Notes: generated by a model not told the origin, from the sequence alone. A stretch of 32,000 nucleotides of DNA from Aquifex aeolicus VF5 (GCF_000008625.1 NC_000918.1:270001-302000), one strand, 5' to 3'. Positions 8,115-17,209 are shown, numbered from the stretch's first letter. A program made the numbers and translations.

Positions 8115-9226
8115 CCCTGAGCCATTTTAACGAATTCTTTAAATAAGTAGTAAGAGTCATGAGGGCCGGGAGAGTTTTCGGGGTGGTACTGAACGGCGAA
8201 TATGGGAAGGTGCTTGTGTTTTATTCCTTCAACAGTGTTGTCCAGGAGATTTAAGTGGGTAACTTCAACATCTTCCGGCAAGCTTTCAGGGTCAATTGCA
8301 AAATTGTGATTCTGAGCGGTTATCTCTATCTTTCCCGTTCTTAGGTCTTTTACAGGATGATTTCCTCCGTGATGCCCGAACTTGAGTTTATAGGTTTTCC
8401 CGCCGAGGGCAAGACCGATAATTTGACAACCCAAGCATATCCCCATTATGGGTTTCTTTTCCATGTACTCGCGAGTGAGTCTTATTCCTGATATAACTCT
8501 TTCTGGATCCCCAGGACCGTTTGATAGAAATATAGCGTCTGGATTTATCTTCTCAATGGCTTCTTTTGCATTTTCGGGAGGAACTACGACAACCTTTGCC
8601 CCTTCACTAACGAGTCTCCTTAAAATGTTAAACTTTACACCAAAGTCTATTACCGCTACGAGAGGTTTTTCATTTTCTCTGTATAGGAATCCTCTCCTCG
8701 GGTCATAATCTCCCTGATTCCAGTAGTAAATATCTTTAGCGGAAACTTCTTCCACGAGGTTCTGTTCAGAAATGTCAGGCAGTTCTCTTGCCTTCTGAAC
8801 GAGCTTTTTTGGGTCTTTTTCCACCGTTGAGATAACACCTTTCATACTCCCCTTTTCCCTTATCTTTTTAACAAGTGCCCTCGTGTCTATCCCGTATATT
8901 CCGACTACGTTGTTTTCCTTCAGGTATTCGTCTAAGCTCTTTTTTGCCCTCCAGTTTGAGTACCTGAAGAAGGCTTCCTTTACTACAAATCCGTTCACCT
9001 GAACGCTTTTGCTCTCAATATCTTCATCGTTCACGCCGTAGTTTCCTATCTGAGTGTAGGTCATTACGACTATCTGTCCCTTGTAGGAAGGGTCTGTGAG
9101 GATTTCCTGATATCCCGTCATGGATGTGTTGAATACGAGTTCTCCGCCTGTTTCTCCTTCAGCCCCAAAGGAATAACCGACAAAGTAAGAACCGTCCTCA
9201 AGCGCCAAAATGGCAGTTTTCCGCAT
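8111..9226 (-). CDS. carA: Carbamoyl-phosphate synthase small subunit (glutamine amidotransferase)
   Basis: MTGYQEILTDPSYKGQIV, SNGPGDP, GICLGCQIIGLALGG, GHHGGNHPV, VQYHPENSPGPHDS. Confidence 0.97.
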   Translation of the reverse strand: MRKTAILALEDGSYFVGYSFGAEGETGGELVFNTSMTGYQEILTDPSYKGQIVVMTYTQIGNYGVNDEDIESKSVQVNGFVVKEAFFRYSNWRAKKSLDEYLKENNVVGIYGIDTRALVKKIREKGSMKGVISTVEKDPKKLVQKARELPDISEQNLVEEVSAKDIYYWNQGDYDPRRGFLYRENEKPLVAVIDFGVKFNILRRLVSEGAKVVVVPPENAKEAIEKINPDAIFLSNGPGDPERVISGIRLTREYMEKKPIMGICLGCQIIGLALGGKTYKLKFGHHGGNHPVKDLRTGKIEITAQNHNFAIDPESLPEDVEVTHLNLLDNTVEGIKHKHLPIFAVQYHPENSPGPHDSYYLFKEFVKMAQG

Positions 9227-9263
9227 ATTAGAGTTTTTATTTTAATTTCTTTTTACAATCTGC

Positions 9264-9555
9264 GTTTTAACTCCACACGGTACATTAGAAACCATCTGCA
9301 ACATATTCAAGTTCAGCTTCAAAACCTTGTTTTAACTCCACACGGTACATTAGAAACTTCGTCAAGCTTTACCTCAAAAGTCCTCTCAAACCTGTTTTAA
9401 CTCCACACGGTACATTAGAAACAATAATCAACAACTCTTTGATTTTGTGAAATGGAAGAAGTTTTAACTCCACACGGTACATTAGAAACAGAACTCTCAG
9501 AAGAACCGAGAGCTTTTTCTATTAACGTTTTAACTCCACACGGTACATTAGAAAC
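9264..9555 (-). CRISPR. CRISPR array: 5 identical 29-bp repeats, 4 spacers (36, 36, 38, 37 bp)
   Basis: + strand repeat GTTTTAACTCCACACGGTACATTAGAAAC at 9264-9292, 9329-9357, 9394-9422, 9461-9489, 9527-9555, all identical. Direction is not certain. Minus is preferred because the only room for a leader is on the right side and the minus form GTTTCTAATGTACCGTGTGGAGTTAAAAC resembles Aquifex repeats as I remember them. Confidence 0.97.
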
Positions 9556-9720
9556 CCTGCGTGCCTGTGTCTAAAAAATAACGTTTTATCAGCAACTTAT
9601 TAAACTTCTAACCTTCACGAAATGAATGTTAATTTCCGCTAACCTGAAGTTCTGCAAACTTGAGTATACCTTTATAAAATTTCCATCCTTGATTTTCAAT
9701 CCCTTTAACCCTATTGCATC
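9556..9720 (-). promoter_or_regulatory. Candidate CRISPR leader if the array is transcribed leftward
   Basis: AT-rich noncoding DNA abutting the right-most repeat. The left flank has only 37 bp before carA. Confidence 0.4.
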
Positions 9721-9827
9721 ATGATTTCATTTCATCACATCATCAAAGCATCACTCACTAAGACCTATCCACCCTTATTCAATTGCCAAGGAGCCCGAAA
9801 GCCCTCAGCAGGGCCTTATTTAAACAT

Positions 9828-9833
9828 TATAAT
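9828..9833 (+). promoter_or_regulatory. -10-like TATAAT 12 nt upstream of the tRNA nucleotidyltransferase fusion ATG
   Basis: ACATTATAATCATAAAACATATATGGTCTG. No obvious -35 or SD. Confidence 0.4.
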
Positions 9834-9845
9834 CATAAAACATAT

Positions 9846-12320
9846 ATGGTCTGTCCAAAAGTTGTTATTCTTTCCGAAGGTGCGGATCTCGACAGCCTTT
9901 CCGCAGCTTACGGAGTCCTGAAACTTTACCCTGACGCATACTTGCTAAAGCCCAAGCACTTGTCCAAAAAAGCGGGGGAAGTTTTTAAGAAGTACAGGGA
10001 TAAGTTCAGAGTAATAGAAGACCTGCCAGACTGCTTTGAACTCGTGCTCGTGGATACACACTTTCTTCCGGAAGGTTTACCAAGAGAAAGGATTAAAAGA
10101 ATTATCGTTTACGACCACCATCCAATAGGGGACGTGAAGGAATTTGAGGGGAAAATTGAAAAGGTTGGGGCGGCGACCACGCTCGTGGTGGAGGAAATTA
10201 AGGAGAAAGGTATAGATATAAATCCACGAGACGCTACACTTCTCGCCTTCGGGATATACGAAGATACGGGAAATTTTACCTACGAAGGGACTACACCAAG
10301 GGACGCTTTGGCTTTAGCATTCTTGCTTGAAAAGGGAGCAAACCTCAGGGAAATAAGGGAAGTCGTTATGGAAACCTATACGCCCGAGCAGATAGAGGCG
10401 GTAGGGAAAATCGTCCAGTCTATAGAAAAGGTGTTCATAAACGGTAGGCAAATAAGTTTTGCAACTGCCGTTCTGGAGAGGTATCAGCCGGATATAAACA
10501 CGCTCCTTTACGAAATAAAAGACCTTAAAGAGTCTGATGCCTTCTTTGTGATAATAGAAGCGGAAGGAAAGACTTACGTCTTCGGTCGTTCCCAGAGCGA
10601 AGATGTAGATGTAGGGGAAATACTTTCACACTTCGGCGGTGGTGGGCACAGGGAGGCTGGAGCGGTAAAGCTCGAAAACGTATCAGCAGAACGGATAAAA
10701 GAGTTAATAAAAGCCTTTTTAAAGAGAAAGTATGTCAAACTTAAGGTAAGAGACATTATGAACACACCGCCCTTCGTTTTAGAAGAACACGTAAGCGTAA
10801 AAGACGCACTCACAGAACTCAGTGAAAGGGGGATAGCGAACGCACCCGTGATAAACAGGGAGGGAAAACTGGTAGGGATAATCTCAAAGAAGGCGTTGCT
10901 CAAACTTGTGAAACTCTATCCCGATGAACCCATAGAGCTCTTCGTCAACAGAGATTTTTACACCCTTTCACCTGACGCACCTGTATGGGAAGCGGAGGAA
11001 ATCCTCACAAAGTTTGGACAGAAATTAATCCCCGTAGTGGAAGACGGAACGGTTGTAGGAGTAGTTACGAGGCTAGACATACTCCAGGCGGTAAAGGAGG
11101 ATTTAGAAAAGTTAAAGGAAAAGAGGAGAAAGATAAAAGTTCCCGAAAACATAGAAGAAATAGCGAGGGAAGTGGGACAGATAGCAAAGGAAATGGGCCT
11201 CAGGGCTTACATAGTGGGAGGAGTTGTGAGGGATATTTTACTCGGTAAAGAGGTTTGGGACGTTGACTTCGTAGTTGAGGGGAATGCCATAGAACTTGCA
11301 AAGGAACTCGCGAGGAGGCACGGCGTTAACGTCCACCCATTCCCCGAATTCGGCACAGCTCACCTGAAAATCGGAAAACTGAAACTTGAATTTGCAACAG
11401 CACGGAGGGAAACTTACCCAAGACCCGGAGCCTATCCGAAAGTGGAACCAGCCAGCTTGAAAGAGGACTTAATAAGGAGGGACTTCACGATAAATGCCAT
11501 GGCAATATCCGTAAATCTCGAGGACTACGGAACACTCATAGATTACTTCGGAGGATTAAGAGATCTAAAAGACAAAGTAATAAGGGTTCTTCACCCTGTA
11601 AGTTTTATAGAGGACCCTGTAAGGATTTTACGTGCCCTAAGATTTGCGGGAAGACTCAATTTTAAACTCTCAAGAAGCACGGAAAAATTGTTAAAACAGG
11701 CTGTGAACCTCGGACTCCTAAAGGAAGCACCCAGGGGAAGGCTCATAAACGAGATAAAACTCGCCCTCAGGGAAGACAGGTTTTTAGAAATTTTAGAACT
11801 CTACAGGAAGTACAGAGTATTAGAGGAGATAATTGAAGGTTTCCAGTGGAACGAAAAGGTTCTCCAGAAACTCTACGCCCTCAGGAAAGTGGTGGACTGG
11901 CACGCTTTGGAGTTCTCCGAAGAGAGAATAGATTACGGCTGGCTATACCTCCTTATACTCATATCTAATTTAGATTACGAAAGGGGAAAACACTTTCTTG
12001 AGGAGATGTCCGCTCCCTCCTGGGTTCGGGAGACCTACAAGTTTATGAAGTTCAAACTTGGTTCACTTAAAGAAGAACTCAAAAAAGCGAAGGAGAATTA
12101 CGAAGTTTACAGACTCCTCAAACCTCTTCACACTTCCGTTCTATTACTCCTAATGCTCGAGGAGGAATTAAAAGAAAAGATAAAACTCTACCTCGAAAAA
12201 CTCAGGAAGGTAAAACTTCCCAAGGAAAAGATTGAGGAACTGAAAAAGCAAGGTCTTAAAGGAAAGGAACTCGGAGAGAGGATTGAAGAACTGAAAAGGG
12301 AAATTATGAATAAAATTTAG
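9846..12320 (+). CDS. DHH-family phosphoesterase + two CBS domains + class II tRNA nucleotidyltransferase (CCA-, CC- or A-adding) fusion
   Basis: DTHF...VVYDHHPIGD (written FIVYDHHPIG/GGGGHREAGA DHHA1-like), two CBS repeats (VRDIMNTPPFVLEE; FVNRDFYTLSPDAPVWEAEEIL), then AYIVGGVVRDILLGKEVWDVDFVVEG and RRDFTINAMAI and EDPVRILRALRFAGRL. ATG at 9846 gives 824 aa; the supplied ORF starts at TTG 9783. Confidence 0.93.
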   Translation: MVCPKVVILSEGADLDSLSAAYGVLKLYPDAYLLKPKHLSKKAGEVFKKYRDKFRVIEDLPDCFELVLVDTHFLPEGLPRERIKRIIVYDHHPIGDVKEFEGKIEKVGAATTLVVEEIKEKGIDINPRDATLLAFGIYEDTGNFTYEGTTPRDALALAFLLEKGANLREIREVVMETYTPEQIEAVGKIVQSIEKVFINGRQISFATAVLERYQPDINTLLYEIKDLKESDAFFVIIEAEGKTYVFGRSQSEDVDVGEILSHFGGGGHREAGAVKLENVSAERIKELIKAFLKRKYVKLKVRDIMNTPPFVLEEHVSVKDALTELSERGIANAPVINREGKLVGIISKKALLKLVKLYPDEPIELFVNRDFYTLSPDAPVWEAEEILTKFGQKLIPVVEDGTVVGVVTRLDILQAVKEDLEKLKEKRRKIKVPENIEEIAREVGQIAKEMGLRAYIVGGVVRDILLGKEVWDVDFVVEGNAIELAKELARRHGVNVHPFPEFGTAHLKIGKLKLEFATARRETYPRPGAYPKVEPASLKEDLIRRDFTINAMAISVNLEDYGTLIDYFGGLRDLKDKVIRVLHPVSFIEDPVRILRALRFAGRLNFKLSRSTEKLLKQAVNLGLLKEAPRGRLINEIKLALREDRFLEILELYRKYRVLEEIIEGFQWNEKVLQKLYALRKVVDWHALEFSEERIDYGWLYLLILISNLDYERGKHFLEEMSAPSWVRETYKFMKFKLGSLKEELKKAKENYEVYRLLKPLHTSVLLLLMLEEELKEKIKLYLEKLRKVKLPKEKIEELKKQGLKGKELGERIEELKREIMNKI

Positions 12321-12322
12321 TT

Positions 12323-13039
12323 GTGCTTGAAGTCAGGGAAGTAGAAAAGAGCTTTAAGAAGAAAAAGGTTTTAAAGGGGGGTTCCCTTTCCGTTAATAAA
12401 GGTGAAATAGTTGGTCTTCTAGGACCAAACGGCGCGGGAAAGACTACACTCTTTAACTCCATAATTGGTTTCATAAGCGTGGATAAGGGAAAAGTTCTCC
12501 TTGACGGTGAAGACGTGACTCATCTTCCCCCCTTCAAGCGTGCACAAAAGGGACTTGCCTTTTTGCCTCAGGAACACACACTCTTTGAGGATTTGACGGT
12601 TCTGGAAAACCTGTTAATATTTCTTGAATTCTTTACGGATAGCAAAGAAGAGGCGATCACGAAGGCGGAAGCCCTTCTTGAGGACTTCGGACTCCTTGAG
12701 CTTAAAGATCAAAAGGCTTACGCCCTCTCAGGAGGACAGAAGAGGAGGCTCGAGATAGCGAGATCCCTTATAACTACGCCCAAGTACGTGCTCCTCGACG
12801 AGCCCTTTGCGGGACTTGACCCCATAATAGTTTCCGAAATAAGGGAAATAGTGAAAAACTTGAAGAATAACGGAATAGGTGTTCTTATAACTGATCACAA
12901 CGTCAGGGAAACCATAAAGATGGTGGACAGGGTGTATATAATTTCTGAAGGGAAGGTTCTGGCTCACGGGAAACCCGAAGAGGTTGTGAACAACGAAGCT
13001 GTAAGGAAGACATACCTGGGGGTGGATTTCAAATTATGA
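12323..13039 (+). CDS. lptB: ABC transporter ATPase, LptB-like
   Basis: Walker A GPNGAGKTT, FLPQEHTLFEDLTVLENL, signature LSGGQKRRLEIARSL, LLDEPFAGLDP, DHNV, C-terminal GxPEEVVNNEAVRKTYLG. Confidence 0.9.
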   Translation: MLEVREVEKSFKKKKVLKGGSLSVNKGEIVGLLGPNGAGKTTLFNSIIGFISVDKGKVLLDGEDVTHLPPFKRAQKGLAFLPQEHTLFEDLTVLENLLIFLEFFTDSKEEAITKAEALLEDFGLLELKDQKAYALSGGQKRRLEIARSLITTPKYVLLDEPFAGLDPIIVSEIREIVKNLKNNGIGVLITDHNVRETIKMVDRVYIISEGKVLAHGKPEEVVNNEAVRKTYLGVDFKL

Positions 13040-14355
13040 GCGTGGTGATAATAGGTGTCGGGCGTTACGCAAGGGAAGTTCTGGAGATAGTAACCGCTAT
13101 AACAGAAGTCTACGTTATAGAAAAGCCCGGAGAACACATACAGAAGTTTGTGGAAGAAGCTAAAGGGCTGGAGAAAGTGAAGTTCGTTTTTGAAAGTGCC
13201 ACGGACGTGGAAACTTGGAGGGAGAAGGTAAACCTCTCCGAGGTAGAAGCGGTAATATCCTTCCTTAAGTTAGAAAGCACGCTGGAGGTGGCAAAGCTCC
13301 TTAGGGAATTTTTCAATTACGAGGGAGAGATAATTTACGTTGCGAACGAAAGACCAGAAAACGAAGAACTCCAGAAGCTCAAAGTGGACACGGTTTCCAT
13401 TCCAAACGTACTCAGGGTAATCTTCAAAAACCTCCTGATCGGCAAAGGAATAATAAGGTATCCCGTGGGTATAGGTCTAGAAAAGGGTGAGATAGTGGAA
13501 ATTACACTTACGGAGTACTCACCTCTCGTTTACAAAAGACTCAGGGATATTAAGATAAGGAAGGCAAGGGTAGCCCTCGTGTATAGGAACGGAAAGCTTT
13601 TACTTCCAAGGAGTAACTTAAGGCTCCAGAGCGGAGACAGGCTTCTGGTAGTCGGAGAACCTTCCTCTGTAAACGTATTTATACACACTGCAACGGAAGG
13701 AATTTCGGACTTTCCCCTGAACTGGGGAAGTGCAGGCGTTTACTGTTCGGGAAACGAGAAAGAATTCAATTACCTGAAAGAGAAAGTTAAAGTAAGGGAA
13801 TGGTTAGAGGATTGTGAAAAAATACAGGAGATTGAGAACTTGGGGCTTATAGTTCTTGAAAAGAAGGAAAGCGGTTTTCTTAAAAAGGGAAGCGTTGACA
13901 GGGCTTTTGAAGAGTTTTCTGTTCCTTCCTTTCACCTGAAGGGTACTTACCCTTACGAGAAGGTTCTCGCTTCCGCGAACACAGATGCGAGGGAAGTCTT
14001 GCTCTCCACTGCGGTTGATATAGCTGTTCAGTTCGGTTCAAAGCTGTTCATACTCTACGTAAAGCCCTTTGAAAAGATGATTTCCGAAAAGGAAAAGGAG
14101 GTAATAGAAGGGCTAAAGAGCTTCGCAGAAAGGGTTAGAAAGATAACGAAGATAAACCTGGAACTCGTGATAAGGGAAGGAAATCCCGTAAGGGAAACCT
14201 TAAAGTTCATGGATGAAGAAAGCTTTAATCTCCTCCTAATAGGATACAAGGTGGGAAGAACTACGAAATTATTCTCACCTTACTCACCTCACCTCATAGC
14301 GAGAAAGAGTAAACTCAGTACTCTCCTTGTGCCGGAGGTTGTCCTTGAGCAGTGA
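13036..14355 (+). CDS. TrkA-like regulatory subunit with C-terminal Usp-like domain, partner of adjacent antiporter
   Basis: N-terminal Rossmann-like VVIIGVGRYAREVLEIV, TrkA-C-like region (ARVALVYRNGKLLLPRSNLRLQSGDRLLVVG), Usp-like end (LFILYVKP...NLLLIGYK). Confidence 0.72.
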   Translation: MSVVIIGVGRYAREVLEIVTAITEVYVIEKPGEHIQKFVEEAKGLEKVKFVFESATDVETWREKVNLSEVEAVISFLKLESTLEVAKLLREFFNYEGEIIYVANERPENEELQKLKVDTVSIPNVLRVIFKNLLIGKGIIRYPVGIGLEKGEIVEITLTEYSPLVYKRLRDIKIRKARVALVYRNGKLLLPRSNLRLQSGDRLLVVGEPSSVNVFIHTATEGISDFPLNWGSAGVYCSGNEKEFNYLKEKVKVREWLEDCEKIQEIENLGLIVLEKKESGFLKKGSVDRAFEEFSVPSFHLKGTYPYEKVLASANTDAREVLLSTAVDIAVQFGSKLFILYVKPFEKMISEKEKEVIEGLKSFAERVRKITKINLELVIREGNPVRETLKFMDEESFNLLLIGYKVGRTTKLFSPYSPHLIARKSKLSTLLVPEVVLEQ

Positions 14356-15490
14356 ACTCTTCCTCATAATCGTATTCCTTTCCGCCTTCCTTGCACCACT
14401 TTTTTCAAGAATCCTTAGAATGCCCGTACCCGTAGGTGAACTCATTTTCGGTATCTTAATCGGAAATTTCTTCGTAGGCATTCAGGTTCCCGAAATACTG
14501 AACTTCCTGTCAGACTTTGGTTTCCTCCTCCTTATGTTTCTCGCGGGACTAGAGCTCGATTTCAACCTAATAGAAAAGGCGGACAAGAAACAGAACGCCG
14601 TTTACATCTCGTACGTCCTCCTCATATTCTTGAGTGCTTTTGTCTTTGGAATTTTGCTGGGAATAGGAACAGCTCCCGCTATAATTCTTTCCCTAATTTC
14701 CCTCGGTCTTATGGTTGCAACCCTGAAGGACATGAGCGTTCTGGAAGAGCCCTTCGCAAAGAAAGTTTTACTGATAGGTGTCTTCGGGGAAATTATCAGT
14801 CTCCTTGCTTTGACCTTAATGGAAAAGCTCCTACACTTCCACGGTTTTGTAAGCTTAATAAAGGAACTCGGAGTAATTTTTGTCTTTTTCTTCAGTTTCT
14901 TTTTAGGATTTTACTTAACTAGACTCCTCGTCTGGTGGTATCCCGAGATAGTGAACAGACTCACCTACGAAGAGGATCCGAGCGCTTTAGGGATAAGGCT
15001 CAGTTTATTTTTGATGTTTACTTCCTCAATCTTTGCAAAGCTTGCGGGAATAGAGAGCGTTCTGGGAGCCTTCATGGCGGGAGTGGTGTTTTCCTACTTC
15101 ATAAGGGAGAAAAAGGATCTTGAAGAAAAGCTCAGTTCAATAGGTTACGGGTTTTTAATTCCCATCTTTTTCATAAAGACCGGAATGGGAATGGAAGTTG
15201 CAGGTTTAAACCTCGCTATCCTCTTTAAGGTGTTCATATTTCTCGCCTTTATGCTCTTTGTAAGGTTAATTCCCTCCTTCGTCCTTCTCCTCGCCGGATT
15301 TTCCCTGAAAGACTCTTTTACGGCGGGTCTTCTCTTGTCTTACCCTTTCACTCTTATGGTTGCGGGAATAGAGATAGCGAGGAGGGGCGGAGCTCTGGAC
15401 GAGGAAACAGCCCTAGCACTCTTTTTAACCGCAGCTTTCTCTTCTCTGGTATTCCCGTGGAGTGCAAAAATAATTCTTTCTAGAAGATGA
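14327..15490 (+). CDS. Na+/H+ or K+/H+ antiporter membrane subunit (CPA2/KefB-like)
   Basis: Multi-TM protein with PVGELIFGILIGNFF..FLLLMFLAGLELDF and GAFMAGVVFSYF motifs. Starts inside the end of the upstream gene; true start may be downstream of 14327. Confidence 0.87.
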   Translation: MCRRLSLSSELFLIIVFLSAFLAPLFSRILRMPVPVGELIFGILIGNFFVGIQVPEILNFLSDFGFLLLMFLAGLELDFNLIEKADKKQNAVYISYVLLIFLSAFVFGILLGIGTAPAIILSLISLGLMVATLKDMSVLEEPFAKKVLLIGVFGEIISLLALTLMEKLLHFHGFVSLIKELGVIFVFFFSFFLGFYLTRLLVWWYPEIVNRLTYEEDPSALGIRLSLFLMFTSSIFAKLAGIESVLGAFMAGVVFSYFIREKKDLEEKLSSIGYGFLIPIFFIKTGMGMEVAGLNLAILFKVFIFLAFMLFVRLIPSFVLLLAGFSLKDSFTAGLLLSYPFTLMVAGIEIARRGGALDEETALALFLTAAFSSLVFPWSAKIILSRR

Positions 15491-15506
15491 ACTATATTCT
15501 GTAATT

Positions 15507-16553
15507 ATGGAATTTGTAACGAATTACACGCTAGAAGAGCTTAAAAAACGCTTCACCGAACTGGGACTCGAACCTTACAGGGCAAAGCAGGTATTCAGGT
15601 GGGTATACAAGAAATTCGTAACGGACTTTGAAAAAATGACGGATTTAGGGAAAAAACACAGGGAGCTTCTAAAGGAGCATTTTGCCTTCCACCCCTTGGA
15701 AAAGCTTGACAGGGTGGAGGCTCCCGACGCTGTAAAGTACCTATTCAAAACAAAAGACGGACACATACTTGAGACGGTTTTGATAAAGGAGAGGGATCAC
15801 TACACCCTTTGCGTTTCCTCTCAAATCGGTTGTGCGGTTGGATGTACCTTCTGTGCCACGGCTCTTGACGGCTTGAAGAGAAACTTGAGCACCGCGGAAA
15901 TTATAGATCAGTACCTTCAAGTTCAGCAGGATCTGGGAGAGGAAAAAATAAGGAACGTGGTTTTCATGGGAATGGGAGAGCCCCTCGCTAATTACGAGAA
16001 CGTGAGAAAGGCTGTGGAGATTATGGTCTCTCCCGAGGGACTCGACCTTTCAAAGAGGAGGATTACCATATCCACGAGCGGTATAGTGGCTCAAATAAAG
16101 AGAATGGCTCAAGATCCCGTAATGAAGGAAGTTAACCTCGCCGTTTCCCTGAACGCGGTAAGCCAGAAAAAGAGGGAAGAGCTCATGCCCCTTACAAAAA
16201 CGAACACCTTAGAAGAACTGATGGAAGTTCTCAAAAACTACCCCCTTCCCAAGTACAGGAGGATTACCCTTGAGTACGTACTCATAAAGGGAGTAAACGA
16301 CTCTCCTAATGACGCGGAAAGGCTTGCAAAATTAATAGGAAGGCACAAAAAGAAGTTTAAAGTGAACTTAATTCCCTTTAACCCGGATCCTAACCTTCCC
16401 TACGAGAGACCCGCCCTCACCGACATCATGAAGTTCCAGAAGGTTTTATGGAAATATGGTATCTCTAACTTCGTTAGGTTCAGCAAAGGCGTAGAGGTGT
16501 TCGGAGCCTGCGGTCAACTTAGAACTCAAAGGCTACAGCTCCAGAGAGTATGA
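15507..16553 (+). CDS. rlmN: 23S rRNA (adenine2503-C2)/tRNA methyltransferase, radical SAM
   Basis: SSQIGCAVGCTFCATALDG, GMGEPLANY, NLAVSLNAVSQKKREELMP, FVRFSKGVEVFGACGQLR. Confidence 0.97.
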   Translation: MEFVTNYTLEELKKRFTELGLEPYRAKQVFRWVYKKFVTDFEKMTDLGKKHRELLKEHFAFHPLEKLDRVEAPDAVKYLFKTKDGHILETVLIKERDHYTLCVSSQIGCAVGCTFCATALDGLKRNLSTAEIIDQYLQVQQDLGEEKIRNVVFMGMGEPLANYENVRKAVEIMVSPEGLDLSKRRITISTSGIVAQIKRMAQDPVMKEVNLAVSLNAVSQKKREELMPLTKTNTLEELMEVLKNYPLPKYRRITLEYVLIKGVNDSPNDAERLAKLIGRHKKKFKVNLIPFNPDPNLPYERPALTDIMKFQKVLWKYGISNFVRFSKGVEVFGACGQLRTQRLQLQRV

Positions 16554-17209
16554 AAGTGGTAGAACTAAAAAACGTTAAAAAAATTTACCCCGACGGAACA
16601 ATTGCTCTCAAAGGCGTTTCACTTTCCGTTGAAGAGGGGGAATTTTTAGGCGTTATGGGACCTTCTGGTTCGGGCAAAAGCACCCTCCTTCACTTAATAG
16701 GGGGTCTGGACAAACCGAGCGAAGGAATCGTCAAGGTATTTGGGAAGGAGATAAATCACTTGGACGAGGACGAACTTGCGGAAATGAGGAAGAGGAAAAT
16801 AGCCTACGTTTTCCAGTTTTACTATCTACTTGAAGATTTTTCCGTTCTTGAAAACTTAACTCTTATAGGGGAACTTGCGGGGATAAAAAATCCGAAAAAG
16901 AAAGCCCTTGAGCTTTTGGATTTTTTGAGACTTTCCCACAGGATAAACCACAAACCTTACCAGCTTTCGGGTGGGGAACAGCAGAGAGTTGCAATCGGCA
17001 GAGCCCTTATGGTGGAGCCAAAACTAATACTTGCGGACGAGCCCACGGGAAATCTGGACTCTAAAGAGGGTTTCAGAATTTTTGAACTTTTTAAAGAATT
17101 GAATGAAAAGGGAATTACGTTTGTAGTTGCAACTCACAACGACTCCCTTAAGCCCTTCTTCGGCAGGATAATAAACTTGAGGGACGGAGAAATCGTCACT
17201 CAACGGTGA
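16550..17209 (+). CDS. lolD: ABC transporter ATPase, LolD/MacB-like
   Basis: [58 protein letters not shown]. Confidence 0.85.
   Translation: MKVVELKNVKKIYPDGTIALKGVSLSVEEGEFLGVMGPSGSGKSTLLHLIGGLDKPSEGIVKVFGKEINHLDEDELAEMRKRKIAYVFQFYYLLEDFSVLENLTLIGELAGIKNPKKKALELLDFLRLSHRINHKPYQLSGGEQQRVAIGRALMVEPKLILADEPTGNLDSKEGFRIFELFKELNEKGITFVVATHNDSLKPFFGRIINLRDGEIVTQR

Noticed and set aside
6118-8838. Plus-strand ORFs opposite the carA-pyrB operon (6118..6357, 6401..6637, 7695..7922, 8448..8708)
   Set aside because: Antisense to genes with diagnostic motifs. No recognisable products.
9227-9263. Dedicated carA promoter in the 37-bp gap
   Set aside because: Only weak -10-like TAAAAT with no properly spaced -35; not enough to call a promoter feature.
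9264-9555. A complete CRISPR-Cas or other defence island
   Set aside because: No cas, nuclease-helicase, transposase or integrase gene is present in the window. Neighbours are housekeeping genes.
9783-9845. N-terminal extension of the nucleotidyltransferase fusion starting at TTG 9783
   Set aside because: The recognised domain begins at MVCPKVVILSEGADLDS (ATG 9846), and the extension spans a hairpin and a TATAAT box. Not excluded experimentally.
9721-9921. 66-aa ORF upstream of and overlapping the nucleotidyltransferase gene
   Set aside because: Overlaps the DHH-domain start in another frame, with no SD or recognisable motif.
13110-14249. Minus-strand ORFs 13110..13316 and 14055..14249
   Set aside because: Antisense to the regulator gene and compositionally artefactual.
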